Positions 12,701-25,000 of a stretch of DNA of 64,000 nucleotides are shown here, piece by piece. Location: positions 6,349,849 to 6,413,848 of the forward strand of contig CM082597.2 in NCBI GenBank assembly GCA_040954595.2. Direction: 5' to 3'. Numbering within the stretch: the stretch's first letter is position 1; each line of letters opens with the position of its first letter. The stretch comes from Balanoglossus misakiensis. Its lineage: Eukaryota; Animalia; Hemichordata. Below the pieces are notes generated by a model. The model was given only the letters and a program-made list of their open reading frames with translations, was not told the DNA's origin and made no database searches. The translations under genes were made by a program, and so were the position numbers.

Positions 12701-14324
12701 TATTAGTATAACAATACTCGCTTCATCGTGGGGCGGAACTCTAATAATGACCAATTTGTGTGTTTAGTTTTGACATCGGTTTGAATTAACACAAAAGATT
12801 TTCATTTGCAGTGAAAAATGCGTCACAGGATCTCGGCGTATGGCTTGGTAATTATCAGACACCTAGAAATGAAAGCATCGTCAGGGGAGTATACGTGGAA
12901 AGTGAAGGAGTCACTCACTATGCATTGACAGTAACGGTAAACCTCACACATTATATGAACCTAACCGACTTTTGCATGTTAGCAACTCTACTCTTTGAAA
13001 GTACCATCAAACCAACCATCTTGGTGTGATGGTCAGCCGGGGGAGGGGGTAAAGCCCTATGTAAATGCACACAAATCATAACCATGGGGATTTATTTCTC
13101 AGCATGCAATATTTTACATATGTAACATGCAATCACCATCCTCTGTCATCGTGATCCAAGGTCTGACACAATGATACAACATGTGAATGGAACTCGCAAA
13201 GCCAAACACAGACAATGTTTACCTCAAAAATTCATTTTGAGTTCATTTTGCATTTCTTTCTCATCGTTGTACTTTGTAGGCACTATCAAGATACTCTGCA
13301 ATGCAAATCACCATGGAAGCACTGGGGCCTATCTTTGAGACTACTACAGCATACGTGTCACTGGAAAGACTTGACGCCGTTGGTGGCTACGGTGGTTTCC
13401 ACTATGTAACTGAGTTGGTATTTGCAGGGTGTACAGCATCCATATTTCTACCAGAAGCAAAGATCACCAGGACGGGCTTTTATTACATAGTCTTTGACCT
13501 TACCAGTGGTAAGATTGTGGAATATTTTCATGATTAATACAATTCTATAAGTAATGTGCTTTGATTTCATATCGTTTTTAGCCATGGTTCAAAACATGTG
13601 ATACATAGACTTGGAACAATAGAATTAGTGGGAGATAATTCGAAAGGCTGCATCTACAGAATAAGCTTCTTAGAAAAAATGTAGTCCTCAGAACCCATCG
13701 ATCCATTACCATGATATAGTGCAAACAGTGTGATTACCATAAAAATCACTAATTAAATGTTACTCTGTGAGGTTTTACATGGAATAGGTTAATTTAACTG
13801 TTCTGTATTTCTTTTTCCCTGCAGCCCATGGGGTTGACATCAAGGTTCTCACTACTCAACACAGATGTAGCTACTTTGATGAGACTAACTGGCAGAATGA
13901 TGGTTGCAAGGTATACAAATTAATTTCTTCTAAAATTTGCAAAAAATGAAATGCTACATGTACCCGTCCAAGTGATGAAACTAAAGACTAGCGGCAATCA
14001 TTGTGATCCTGTGCGCTTATATGCAGCAAATGCTTATCAATGCTGACACGTGTAAAATGCTGTAAAAGGTGCAAAAAAGTACTGGTGCATGTGAGGGCGC
14101 TTTTCCAATACATCTTACCACTGGGATGTAAACCAGGTGTTTGATCTTTTTTCACTTGCAAAGAAACACCCCCATTGCTGTGTCAATACGTATTTTTTCT
14201 GGTCGATTATTTGCAGGTGTCACCAAAATCCGACTTCAATTCTACCCTTTGTCTGTGTAATCACCTGACTGTTTTCAGTGCAATGGTGGGGGGTGTTGAA
14301 TCTGATGGACGATTCCACTTTTAG
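6796..14324 (+). CDS. Gene A: secreted PKD1-like ectodomain protein; signal peptide + 2 C-type lectin-like domains + GAIN/GPS, no TM (~644 aa)
   Basis: 13 GT-AG exons in continuous frame (1935 nt): 6796-6907, 7031-7295, 7943-8004, 8731-9001, 9617-9687, 10475-10545, 10743-10833, 11708-12042, 12348-12456, 12812-12936, 13280-13508, 13825-13910, 14217-14324. CTLD motifs FCERLGLRL..WFWIDA..WYYQSC..LCE and LCEKLGMRL..LWLDA..WFTDDC..LCE. GAIN motif DILTLEFRDEDGNEIKV. GPS CSYFDETNWQNDGCKVSPKSDFNSTLCLCNHL|TVFSAMVGGVESDGRFHF*. Confidence 0.85.
7356..7569. mobile_element. PIF/Harbinger-type MITE
   Basis: TIRs GGCCAAAT.AA / TT.ATTTGGCC, flanked by TAA on both sides; related copies at ~24537-24750 and ~18645-18785. 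Confidence 0.7.
8210..8600 (-). mobile_element. Degraded copy of hairpin family X in gene A intron 3
   Basis: tattacgaaaataccgcaaagta...gcatactttgcggtattttcgtaaaaccttattattatacatcttacatct... colinear with 56702-57147; hairpin partly deleted. Confidence 0.8.
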
Positions 14325-14472
14325 CACAGGGGCGTCCGTTTGGCCAACAAAAGTGACAAGATTATGGGACGAGTTCTATACAAATGTTGTACCATTTAAA
14401 ATGTTTGCGTTTTATTTCTTTTAAGAAGTGTTCATATAGCCATTTTGGAAATCGATTTTCCTTGATAATGCA

Positions 14473-14944
14473 TTAAAGGCACATGAGCTGCAACTGGACA
14501 AAAAAAATATATTTTAAATTATCCTGTATATGCTTTTAATTATGTCTATAAAATGATATTTTATGATAGTATATCAAGATCAACACTTATTTATGACAAT
14601 ATGGCCAAACATTAAAGAAAATCGAAAATTCTTGCAATTTGTTTTAAAAAGTGCAACATTGCAATGAAAAATGACAATGTAGTGTCTCAGTACATTTAGG
14701 TCCATAAGTTCTAGTGGTGGATGCAATGTTTTCATTGTTTCTTGCATTTTCCCACGGTGGCGGCCATATTGCTTTGCGGCAGTTTCTTTTATTTATCTGG
14801 TTAAAATTTACATATGCACTCATATTTAGGGTTTATAATACTTGTATATAGTTCTGTGCCTTCATCTGCCTGGGCTAGTGGTTGTACAGTTTGAAAGAAA
14901 AATTATGATAATTATCCCAAAAGTTGCAGCTCATGTGCCTTTAA
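14473..14944. mobile_element. TTAA-flanked MITE (Kolobok-type)
   Basis: ttaaaggcacatgagctgcaact ... agttgcagctcatgtgcctttaa terminal inverted repeats; related fragments at ~55678 and ~56495. Confidence 0.75.
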
Positions 14945-17636
14945 ATGTAAAAAGAATAGATGTTCATTTGGCTAGAGGTGTTCACAAACTTGTCCGAAAG
15001 AGACCCGTTTTGATGAGAAGTTGATGTAGTGCCAGACAATTCTGACACTCTAGGTCGTCAAAGGCATAACAAGAATTGCATTTTGTTAGGTTGAGTGCGC
15101 CTATGATTGATTTTGTTCATATAGTTCGATGTTATTTATACATTTCTTTGAAATCTGCCAGGATAGGATATATACATGTATACATTGATCAATATTTTAT
15201 GTTTTGTAATAACCAGTACTGTCACTTGCCATTGTAATAACCCGTAATTGTACTTGTCATTAATTGGTTGAGTTTAAGTATTCTGTAATTAAACAAAAAG
15301 TTGTACTTTTATAAATGGATGATATTGATGAATCTTTAATTTTTTTTTTCTTTTATAAACTCTGTATGTTCGTCAAAATTGAAAGTATTGTCATATCTTT
15401 TAATTGTGAATTTTCAGATTCTCCTTTGTATGTGTAATGGAAATCCGTAATAAAATATAGGGGTCACCACGCTTGTTTTTGAAATACAGAGCCGTGAATT
15501 GATTCACCAGTGGAAGAAAACTGCTGACTCAGCATTTTTCACCAATGGTTTGTCTATGGGGAAAATATTTGGCTAAGTTTATCTCAAAATAGAGCGTGGT
15601 TACCACACAATTTTATTTGACCAATTAATTTACTTTTACTTGACTGGGGTATGTGTAAATTTTATTGAAAGTGACAATAGTAGAAGTTTGTTTTCTAGCA
15701 ATTATCAATGTAATCCTATGGGAAAACGACACATGCGTACATTGTTAAGACATACACTTATAGACAACTGTGTGTTGTAACGCATCTTGCTGTAGCAATA
15801 AAGTATATTGACTCCCTCTACATCGTGTTTCAACGAATTTCTACTTTGGTAGATGCCCGTGTATCTCTTTGCAACCGCAAAGTGCGATTTCCCAACAGTG
15901 GCACCTTGTCTCTACCGTACATCAGAATACGATTTATTGTTTTCAAGGCCTCTAGCCCATAAGCAAGGGGGTACAGCAAAGTGGTACAGGAGGAAAGTAT
16001 ACACGATACAGTGTTAAAACATATAAACAATGATACAATAGATATATGTGTAAAACACATTCAGACAAACTTCGTACTTATACAAAGTTCAAGTGGCACC
16101 TTGTCGAACAGAAATAAAAGAGGGTGTTACTGTTGAATGAACACAGTAATGGAAATGGGAAACATTTCATGGGCGCTCGATCACAATATCTGCACGTGAT
16201 TCGATTTTCCCTTTGGGCAATGTACACGGTTTCCCAATTAATCCCAACTTGAAAGTTTATCACGGCGTATTTCTCATACACAAAACTGAAATTATCAGTA
16301 GAAAGGTCAACGCACGCTGAGCCAAAAAAAAACCAACAAGCTTAAGAACCGGAGTCACAGCAACCAGGGACGAACGTTAAAATTCACCTTGACCATTTAA
16401 CAGCGCGTATGCAGAAATAACAAATGTCATCTTGAAACCCTCAAGGCACCAAGCAATGTCGGTATAGCATCTCAAAATACTGTATGACAAGAGATCCAAA
16501 AAAAAAAACATCCAGCTGAATTCTGCAAGACTGATAAATCACAATGGACCGAATCTCTATAGTTGACTAAACTGGACACAATTTTACATATTAAAAAAAC
16601 TCGCAAGATGTCACGTTTACAGAATATTTGTTTATTTCCATGGTCACGTGTTTTTGGCTTCAGTATGATATTTTGGCATCCTGCCTCGTATCATGGTCAG
16701 TCATTTCAACATTTAACGGCAATGGTCAGCATGCAAGTTAGGGACATTTATAAAGAAAACGAATGTATGATCATGAATAGAAGTGGAAAGTACAATGAAA
16801 GGAGTTTGTAAGAAAAGAATGCCCCGTGGATGTAACAATGTGAACGTGACCCGTTTCAATAGAAATTGGAATGTTTAAACGTCCTCGTCACCGAGGGAAA
16901 TGACATGAGATAAAATAGGGTGGTGATCTCTGTCCATGATGATGATAGCGATATCATCTTTATATATTGGAGTAACATACACCAAGCATTAAAAAATGAA
17001 TGTAAATAATGAATGCTGAAATATATGTCAAGAACGGTCGATGTACGCTGAGTTGGGGAATCATATATATTAATAATTATATGAATTTGGACAAGCCCAC
17101 ACATTAAATCTAAACGAACCAATCCCAGGAGAGTATGTACCACGACTGCACTTTCAAGTCCAAGAAAATGTTCTTCTGTGCTTAGCTGGGGTGCTCTTTC
17201 GAAGAGATTAGACTTGCCAAGCATCTGGAAACTGGCAATCATTCAATAGATAAGCAACACGTCTCACAGACGAGGAAAGGCTACATCAATCGTTTAGGTA
17301 AGGAAGCATGGTTTTAAACCCATAAGAATCTTTGTTTCGCCCCCCAAAATGATGAAAATCAATTTCACTCCAGTATGTATTTATAATAATTGATGATATC
17401 GTGCAAAACACTCAACCACCGATTCCTTATGTACTTTGCTTAGATTCCAGTAATCGTGTACGTATAACCATATTCTCACCAGCCTGTGAAAGTCAGGAAA
17501 CTAATTATAATTTCCACATTGCAAGTGTTCAATGGTGAATAAAACCAACGTTATATGGAACATTTGTGGTCCTTATTATATTACTGTCTTCTCCCGTTCG
17601 CATAGGTGGTCACAAATGAGAAAGCAACGTCAGAAA

Positions 17637-18659
17637 ATGGCACTTTTTTCAAACGACACTGATTTGGATGGGGTAACCAACGCTACTGATTCAGAAATCG
17701 CCCTATTCAGCTTCAGCACACCATTCAAATATGCAGTCCTGTCTGTATCGGTGATCGGCCTGATAGACAACGTTCTCGTCTGTTTCGTCATCTGTCGCGT
17801 CCAGGCTCTGCAGTCGCTCACCAATGCCTTCGTATTCAACCAAGCACTAGTAGACGCGCTGACGTCGTTCCTGTTGGTGGTTAATCACTTCATTGAAGCA
17901 CCACGTTTTCCGGGTCTTGTCGGTCAGTTCCTCTGTCGTTTTTGGGCGTCCAGATATTTGATATGGGTATGTCTCAGTGCATCAACATATAGTCTTATCG
18001 CAATATCCTATGAGAGATACTTTGCCCTAGTTTATCCCCTACGTCATCGAGCTACCCTCACAGCTAGAAAAGTTGGAGTAATTATCGCAATAATCTGGAT
18101 TTTATCCTCTCTGTTATCTCTATACACAGCAGTTTTTCTTGTGAATGTATCCCCAACTGGTGTATGTTATCTCACAGATATGTCTGATACAGTAAGAACG
18201 GCCATAGCTGTATATGTATTCTCTTACCAGTATTTCATACCACTATTGTCCATGTCATTTGCATACCTGCGCATAGCTCTTGCCATGCGCAGTTATTCGA
18301 AAACAGCTCTTCTAAAGCAACAATTCGCAGCAGGTGGAAACAACACGGGCACGGTGAATGTACAAGGGCGTCCTGTCAACAATGTACGGCAGGTCTCTCT
18401 CGATAAAGCCCGCAGAAATGTATACAAGACCTTCTGTCTGGTTTTCCTTGCGTATGTCATCTGCTGGTCGCCAAGTGAGATTCATTTCATGCTTTTCTAT
18501 GTATTGGATCTATTTGGCACATTTAGCTGGAGGGTTGGCGAAAATCTCATTGTCTTGTCTTACTGCAATGTATGTATCAACCCTATAATCTATGCTCTGC
18601 AATATGAGCGTTTCCAAACTGGCTTGAGGAAAGCTTTTGGCTTAGGCCCCCCAAAATAA
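17637..18659 (+). CDS. Rhodopsin-like (class A) GPCR, peptide-receptor-like orphan (galanin/allatostatin/somatostatin-type motifs), single coding exon
   Basis: Seven hydrophobic segments; GLIDN, NQALVD, SYERY, CWSP and CINPIIY motifs; N-terminal NDT and NAT sequons. The ORF is open from 17532, but the likely start is M17637 (or M17616), downstream of an acceptor-like site at 17605. Confidence 0.9.
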   Translation: MALFSNDTDLDGVTNATDSEIALFSFSTPFKYAVLSVSVIGLIDNVLVCFVICRVQALQSLTNAFVFNQALVDALTSFLLVVNHFIEAPRFPGLVGQFLCRFWASRYLIWVCLSASTYSLIAISYERYFALVYPLRHRATLTARKVGVIIAIIWILSSLLSLYTAVFLVNVSPTGVCYLTDMSDTVRTAIAVYVFSYQYFIPLLSMSFAYLRIALAMRSYSKTALLKQQFAAGGNNTGTVNVQGRPVNNVRQVSLDKARRNVYKTFCLVFLAYVICWSPSEIHFMLFYVLDLFGTFSWRVGENLIVLSYCNVCINPIIYALQYERFQTGLRKAFGLGPPK

Positions 18660-18785
18660 TATGAGCTGATCCGATTACACGGTTTTCAAAAATTTTCAAA
18701 GTCGATTCTTCGCAAAATGAGGACATCTCGTTGGTTGATCGAGAAAATGCCATGTCATATTTTTCATTTTCAAGTTGGTACGGCC
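18645..18785. mobile_element. Harbinger-type MITE overlapping the GPCR stop codon
   Basis: Begins tta|GGCC, contains ccgattacacggttttcaaaaat shared with the 7356-7569 and 24537 copies, ends GGCC|tga. Confidence 0.55.
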
Positions 18786-18928
18786 TGAAAAATATCTTAT
18801 TTACTTTATTTATTTACATTCGATTCTACACAAAATGAGGCCATTTCGCTTGTTGTGAAACTACCATGTCATCTTCATGATATGGACAACGTGCTGCCAC
18901 ACCAAGGCCAATGGAAATGCAGATGGCG

Positions 18929-19280
18929 TTTAAAGAGACAAAGTCTCTCTCTCGCTGACTTTTTGCTTTAATTATGTTTGATACAAGACACCGTTTATTT
19001 TATTCTGCATGTGGGTATATAGTGAATCAATGTTCGACACACAACTTCCATCTGACTTGTATACACAAGATTGAAAATCTCGCCAAAATGAATAATCAGT
19101 CTTTACCATTTATTCATTTTGGCAAGATTTTTACTCTCATATCCTACAAATGTGATGGAAGTAGTATGTGTTCAAACATTGATTTACTATATGTCCACAT
19201 GTAGAACCACATAAACAGTGTCTTGTATCAAACATAATTAATGTAAAAAGAGCAGCGACAGAGAGACTTTGTCCCTTTAA
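18929..19280. mobile_element. TTAA-flanked MITE family K1 (Kolobok-type)
   Basis: ttaaagagacaaagtctctctctcgctg ... cagcgacagagagactttgtccctttaa; a full copy at 37409-37766 and partial copies at ~38491-38706 and ~54162-54402. Confidence 0.85.
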
Positions 19281-20035
19281 ATAGCCCAGACCTTTTACCC
19301 CAAAAATGTAACTTCTAATTTGTTATCTAGCTAATATGTTATGACGGTTGATTTCGATCACGCTATATATTAAACACTTGTATGCTTTAACAATGTGTTT
19401 GTAACTTTTATTATATCTTGATGCGAATTTGTGTAAATGTGATTTTATCAAACGTCCCTGCACTATTGTAATGAAAGTTTTTCATGCTTTACTATACATG
19501 AACGTTTTAGCTTGTGTTTGTGACTCTTACTACGTCTTAAATGCGATTTTGTGGTAGGTTTAATTTCTTAGCATACAATGTAATTTGCCTCCATTATTGG
19601 AGCTTGACGACCGTCTCTTAGCGAAGACAAACCGATGACATATTCCCGCTTTTCTCTGTATTTGGTTTGAAGCCAACAACAGTGTCACAAACCTATAGTG
19701 CGTGAGAAACTTGGCACACCATACGGGCGAGTTCACACCTTGGAAATGTAGTAACATCCAAGCATAAGCCCGCTTCCACGTTCTTTTGTCCGTTTCTCGG
19801 ATTTGTAACTGTGAAATAGAGTCTTTGTGTAATTCTTCAGCCTGGGCTATCAGTATTGTAAATGTTAAAGTACGTCTTTGCCTTGTTCAACGCTTGGGCG
19901 AAGAACAATAGTGTTTTGTACAGTCCCCACGCGGGCAGTTTGATGTGTTTTAAAATGATCTGTATTTTAGTATTAAGTAAGTTCTACTTTTGGGCAGTTC
20001 GGAGTTCTACTTTTAGGTTGTGAGAGTTCCCTGAC

Positions 20036-20231
20036 TTAAAGGTGTACAGTCACCTCCAATTTACATACGCCCATGTATATGGCTGAACTGGCGTATTCGA
20101 GCGTTCTAAAGAACATATGGTGGCGCTCTTTTTTTCGCGTGTGCCACCCACTGAAAATCAGTGATTAGCTAGATCTCATTTTGCCATGGTAACTATAGCT
20201 AATTTTCCATAGGTGACCGTATACCTTTAAG
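20036..20231. mobile_element. TTAA-flanked MITE
   Basis: ttaaaggtgtacagtcacct ... aggtgaccgtatacctttaa; inverted relative at 52877-53053. Confidence 0.75.
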
Positions 20232-20799
20232 TTCTGGACTTAGGTTGATCCAACCGGGACTGCAGGCTTGTCCTGTATGTCCACAGCTGGCCTTCACTCT
20301 TACAACCCTTGGTGTCTCGCTCCTAGCATTGAAGCTTGACAACCAACGTTCCAGTTCAAAATTCAAAGTACCTCGATCTAAGCCGAGCTAGTGAGAATAA
20401 ACTTGACATTCTCCCCTTTTTATTATTTCACACATGTTTCAAGATTGCTGTAATCATTTGTAAAATATCTTCAAGAACACTTAAACTGTTCGGAGTTAAT
20501 GTTAAACTATTCAGGTGTATGTATTTAAACAGACCAAATAAAAACATTAGTAAATGCCTTTGGATGTGTTAGTTGTTTTTACTTACAGCATATTTTATAA
20601 TAATTGTATGATCGCATTATTTTATATCAGCTTAAAAAAACTTTTAAGTTATTTCTGATCCGGTGAATTTCCCTTCGTAAAATCCACAATAAATACATGT
20701 CAAAATGAACTAAAACGTCAGCGAGACTCAGGAGCGACTCTCGACAGCAGTGACCTGGGTGAACGACTGTCACAGTACCGCGAGCGGTGCACGGGACAT

Positions 20800-21045
20800 A
20801 GGACTCCAGATAGGGCTGTTCGAATGTGCGGTTATTGAAATTTGTAATTTCATTTTCAAAGCTCACGATTTTGCCATGTTGAATGTAGTATTTCTACGTC
20901 CTTTAATTTTTGTAATGAGAAATAATTGTACATGTGATATTGTGAAAGAGAACTTGGAAGCTTTTATTTAAAATGTGGATATGCCCATCAAATTGATATG
21001 AAAGCCGCTATCCCTTTAGAATGATACTACCGCTTACACAGTGAT
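20800..21045 (+). mobile_element. Fragment homologous to the non-coding end of the Crypton element at 63550-63760
   Basis: ttcaaagct...ttttgccatgttgaatgta and aatg.ggat.tgcccatc...atgaaagc.gc.a.ccc.tta.aatgatactac are shared by both places. Confidence 0.65.
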
Positions 21046-22080
21046 AACCTGATCCCTCGTTGTTGTGGTGGTGGTCAGAAGCATATCAAATCTGACGTGG
21101 TTGTGTGAAATCGGTAAAAATGACACCGATTTCGATATATAAAATATCATGTTTACTTTTTTATACAGAGACTTTCTTTCTCTCAGAGACAGAATCTCGT
21201 TGCGGTAACTCAAATCTGCCTGCGTGGATGTTTAATATTTCCGAAGAAGGGATGATTCGATAATCACCTATCGCATGTTTAAGTCTTTCATAGTAAGACC
21301 TTCTTTCTCTGAGACATCTCGCCGCAACAGAACTAAATTTGCATGAATGCCTTAGGTTTCATATAGTACCTGAATTCGATACAATGTGCTGATGGCGTAA
21401 ACACGCTACGAAACTTGAATCTTCTGTGCATCCCGCGAATTCTATCAGCCATCTGGTGCGTGCACATTATAAACAGCTCAACTCAAATTCGCTTTTTGTA
21501 TTTTCACAAACAACTATCCGCTCCCTAGAAATTGTCACAAAATTCGCTCGACATTTCCGCAGTTTACACGTCTCCCAAGATATATCTAATGACAACATCA
21601 ATAAAAGACTCAGACACACCCTTTTGCCTATATATGGGAATATGTAAATTAGAAGTATTGTATTCCTTTAAAATCAATAGTATATTCTTGGTTTGCGACG
21701 ATGAAACAAACATGCACTCCCTAAAGATTGTCACGAAATTCGCTCGACGTTTCCTCAAGTAACACGTCTTCCAAGATATATCTAATGACAGCATCAATAA
21801 AAGACTTAGACAAATATACATTAGTTGTTTATTCCTTCACCCCTTTCACCACTATGGTACAGTCCAAATCTATTGTTTTCTGTGGGAAGGTTGGACGTCT
21901 ATAGAGGGAACTGGGATGAAAGGGTTAAATTCAATAGCCCCCTTTAGGCTAGAGACAATTGTACATAAGACCAATTGAAAAACCGCCATTGTATGATGAA
22001 GTAATCTCGACAGAAGAGTACATAGAGATGGTAAGGGCGTGCACATACCATACCACACACGTCAGAGTATTCGCTCAACG

Positions 22081-25000
22081 ATGGAAAAACTACATCGATG
22101 GCTGTGCTACCTCAGTATTGTATCCGTGGTAATTTTCTCACATACCCAGGTGAAGGCAAACGGTATTGTAGACCATTTTCATGTATTCGATGAATTCCCG
22201 ATGGTAATCTCAGTATTAGAGTAGCAGTGTTTTACAACTTCATCATCGTGCCATACACACGTCGTTTCGAAAGTGACAGTGATCACAAATCATAACATTT
22301 TCAATAATTATATGCTGAAATTTCAGAATACACGTTCTAGTTATGTACCATCAGTTGCCAATTATAAATAGTTCATATTAATGTAGACAAGGCACTTTTT
22401 AAAGTAACGTGCACATGCTCGTTCAGATGTTTGAGTTCTACATTAAGGTCTATTCTGCCAACAGAACATTCTCTTATACATGTTTGTAAATTTCATGTGT
22501 TTCAGCCCAAGAGCTGAGGACCCTGATTGAAAACGAGTTAAAACTTGCTAACTATAGTGCAACGTGGCTGAAAGCAAAAGAAGCATGTGAGCAGGACAAT
22601 GGGCATCTGTTGAGGTTCTACGACCGAGAGACCATGAATATAGTTGTCAGCTATATAGCGTTATTCGTTTGGCCAGGTAATTAACATAGTTAAATGACTT
22701 TAAATAATGATAATGAATGATAACACTTAGCTGTTATAACTTATGTAGTGTGCTAATTGATCATTCTGCGGAAATTTCACAAAATGTCCTACTGTAATAG
22801 AGAACCCAACTTTGTCATAACTGCATGTTCATGCAAGCAATGTCTTCTCATTCAGAAGTACAATTGTTGTAATAATCAACGTGACTTTTAAAGTACACCA
22901 ATCGACATGTATCACTCAACGTTCAAGATGCCTTTCCTCTTTGGAATGTTTTACAGAATACGTCTGGATCGACGCCAATGATAGAGAGATTGAAGGTCAC
23001 TTAGTTTACTCAGATGGTTCGAGCATAGATGAATGTGTGGCAGCATGGGACATGCGGGAACCAAACGACCATGGCGGTGAAGATTGTGTCATAATGTGGT
23101 AATTTACTTTAAATGTCGTCACCTGACCTCAAGTTGTGCGATTTATTTTTGGCTGTACCTAGATCTCTAATGGTGGGGCATTTGATGTAGAAATTATCCT
23201 AAATATCAACAAGTCACTGTCCGTTGCGTGAACTAACCTACCACAACGACTGTGATTTTGAAAGATGACGACATTATTATGCCACAAACAGGAAACAGCA
23301 AGAGTCAGATAATGAAATCGGAATGTAAACTGCAGCACATATGTAATAGTTATAATTGTCCATAATGAGACTAACTATAGTATTATTTTACTTTTAGTCT
23401 CAATCTTAAATCTCTGATGGATGTCATGTACTTGACGAATCAGCAGACAGCTTAAAGTTGTGTTAAAAACACCAGTTCGTACATACATCTTTGCATTCTC
23501 CTGTATGTGTATAGTGAGATATTATTTTACCTGCTAACGGTACAGGTCGACTGCTTTATGGAGGGTCTGGAGGTGTGACGAAAGGAATCGTTTCATGTGC
23601 CAGTATAAGAACAGAATTGCCAACTCAAGTTTATGTAAGTGATATAAAGCTGATAATTAAATAAAGAATTATAGGAAAATAATAATTTAAATAATAATAG
23701 GTTCAATTTCAACAAAGATTGCACATTTCGAATTCAACATTAAACGGAATGCGAGGTGCTATGTCTGCCCTATCAACTCGTTTGCCGCTAATTCAAACTT
23801 TTCTCAATATATACCACAATGGTTAAAGTGTCTTTATGAGTAAATTAAAAACCCAATGATGTACATAAAATCTCCTTGTGCTATGTTATAATTATACAAT
23901 TCTTTAAACCCCTAAACTTGTAAAAAATTGTAATAATAATAACAACAATCTACTTAATATACATATCTCAAAAACAAAGGTGGATAGTTTAATTACCCTT
24001 CTTAAATCTTTGTTAGTGTCTCTTGATAGATTCAATGACGAATACAAGGTATCCAGATTCCTCGCAAGCTCCCGAGACGCCAATGAGTACTGCTTGAATG
24101 ATGGAGGGGCTTTACTACGAGTACCTGACCAACAGACTATGGAATATGTTGTACACGTGGTTCTCTCGGTTGACAATAGTCTTGGGATGCATGTTAGTAA
24201 GTATCGACCACACCCTTCTATCCGACATGGCAGTTTTTGCTTTGTATTGATTTGTACGGGGTTGTAGTTTATTTAATTTGATGTAATGTTGTGTTGTGTT
24301 GTGTTGTGTTGTGTTGTGTTGTGTTGTGTTGTGTTGTGTTGTGTTGTGTTGTGTTGTGTTGTGTTGTGTTGTGTTGTGTTGTGTTGTGTTAGGCTACGGT
24401 ACACAATGTACTATGGAATGTTAATATGTCATGTTTAAAATTGTTGTGTTTTGCATAAGAATGTATGTTGTGTAGCTTATTCTGTTGCATCAAAGAACAA
24501 TATATTCTAAACTGATGTGGTGATCTTGTTGACTAAGGCCAAAAAGATAATATGTTCCGATTACATGGTTTTCAAAAATAGTGTAGGTGGGTAAGTAAAT
24601 TTTTTTTTATTTCTTTGGCTGTCGTATTTAGAAGAATGACGTCATAGTTCTTGCGTGATGCATGCGGTTTCGTCATCGTTCTCGCGTGATTCGCGCAATT
24701 TTCATAAATGTTGTATATTTGACATCGTTATTTTTACTTCCGGTTTTAAAACAGGTTAAAAGCAGCATGCCTTACTGAAAAAAATGATTATTCATTCCAC
24801 TATTTTTTGTTGTGTCCACTATAGTGAACACCTACTGCCTGGCCATGAGGGCCATAGCGGCCGTTTATTACACCCGAGGGGCTGTGATTTACCAGAATCA
24901 TATGCTATTTCCCGAGGCCGCAGGCCGAGGGAAATAGCTAATGATTCTGGTAACTCACAGTCACGAGGGGGTAAAAACGGCTGCTATGGCCCGAATATAG

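Noticed and set aside
14286-17633. Splicing of the gene A GPS exon into the downstream GPCR to make a GAIN-7TM fusion
   Set aside because: The better acceptor (17605) needs a phase-2 donor that is absent. The phase-0 option pairs a weak GTGGGG donor with a purine-rich acceptor. The receptor is class A with its own N-terminus, and gene B has no such partner. Not fully excluded without RNA-seq
17532-17636. Extended GPCR N-terminus from ATG 17532
   Set aside because: Contains a polypyrimidine tract plus AG typical of an intron end; the glycosylated N-terminus starts at M17637
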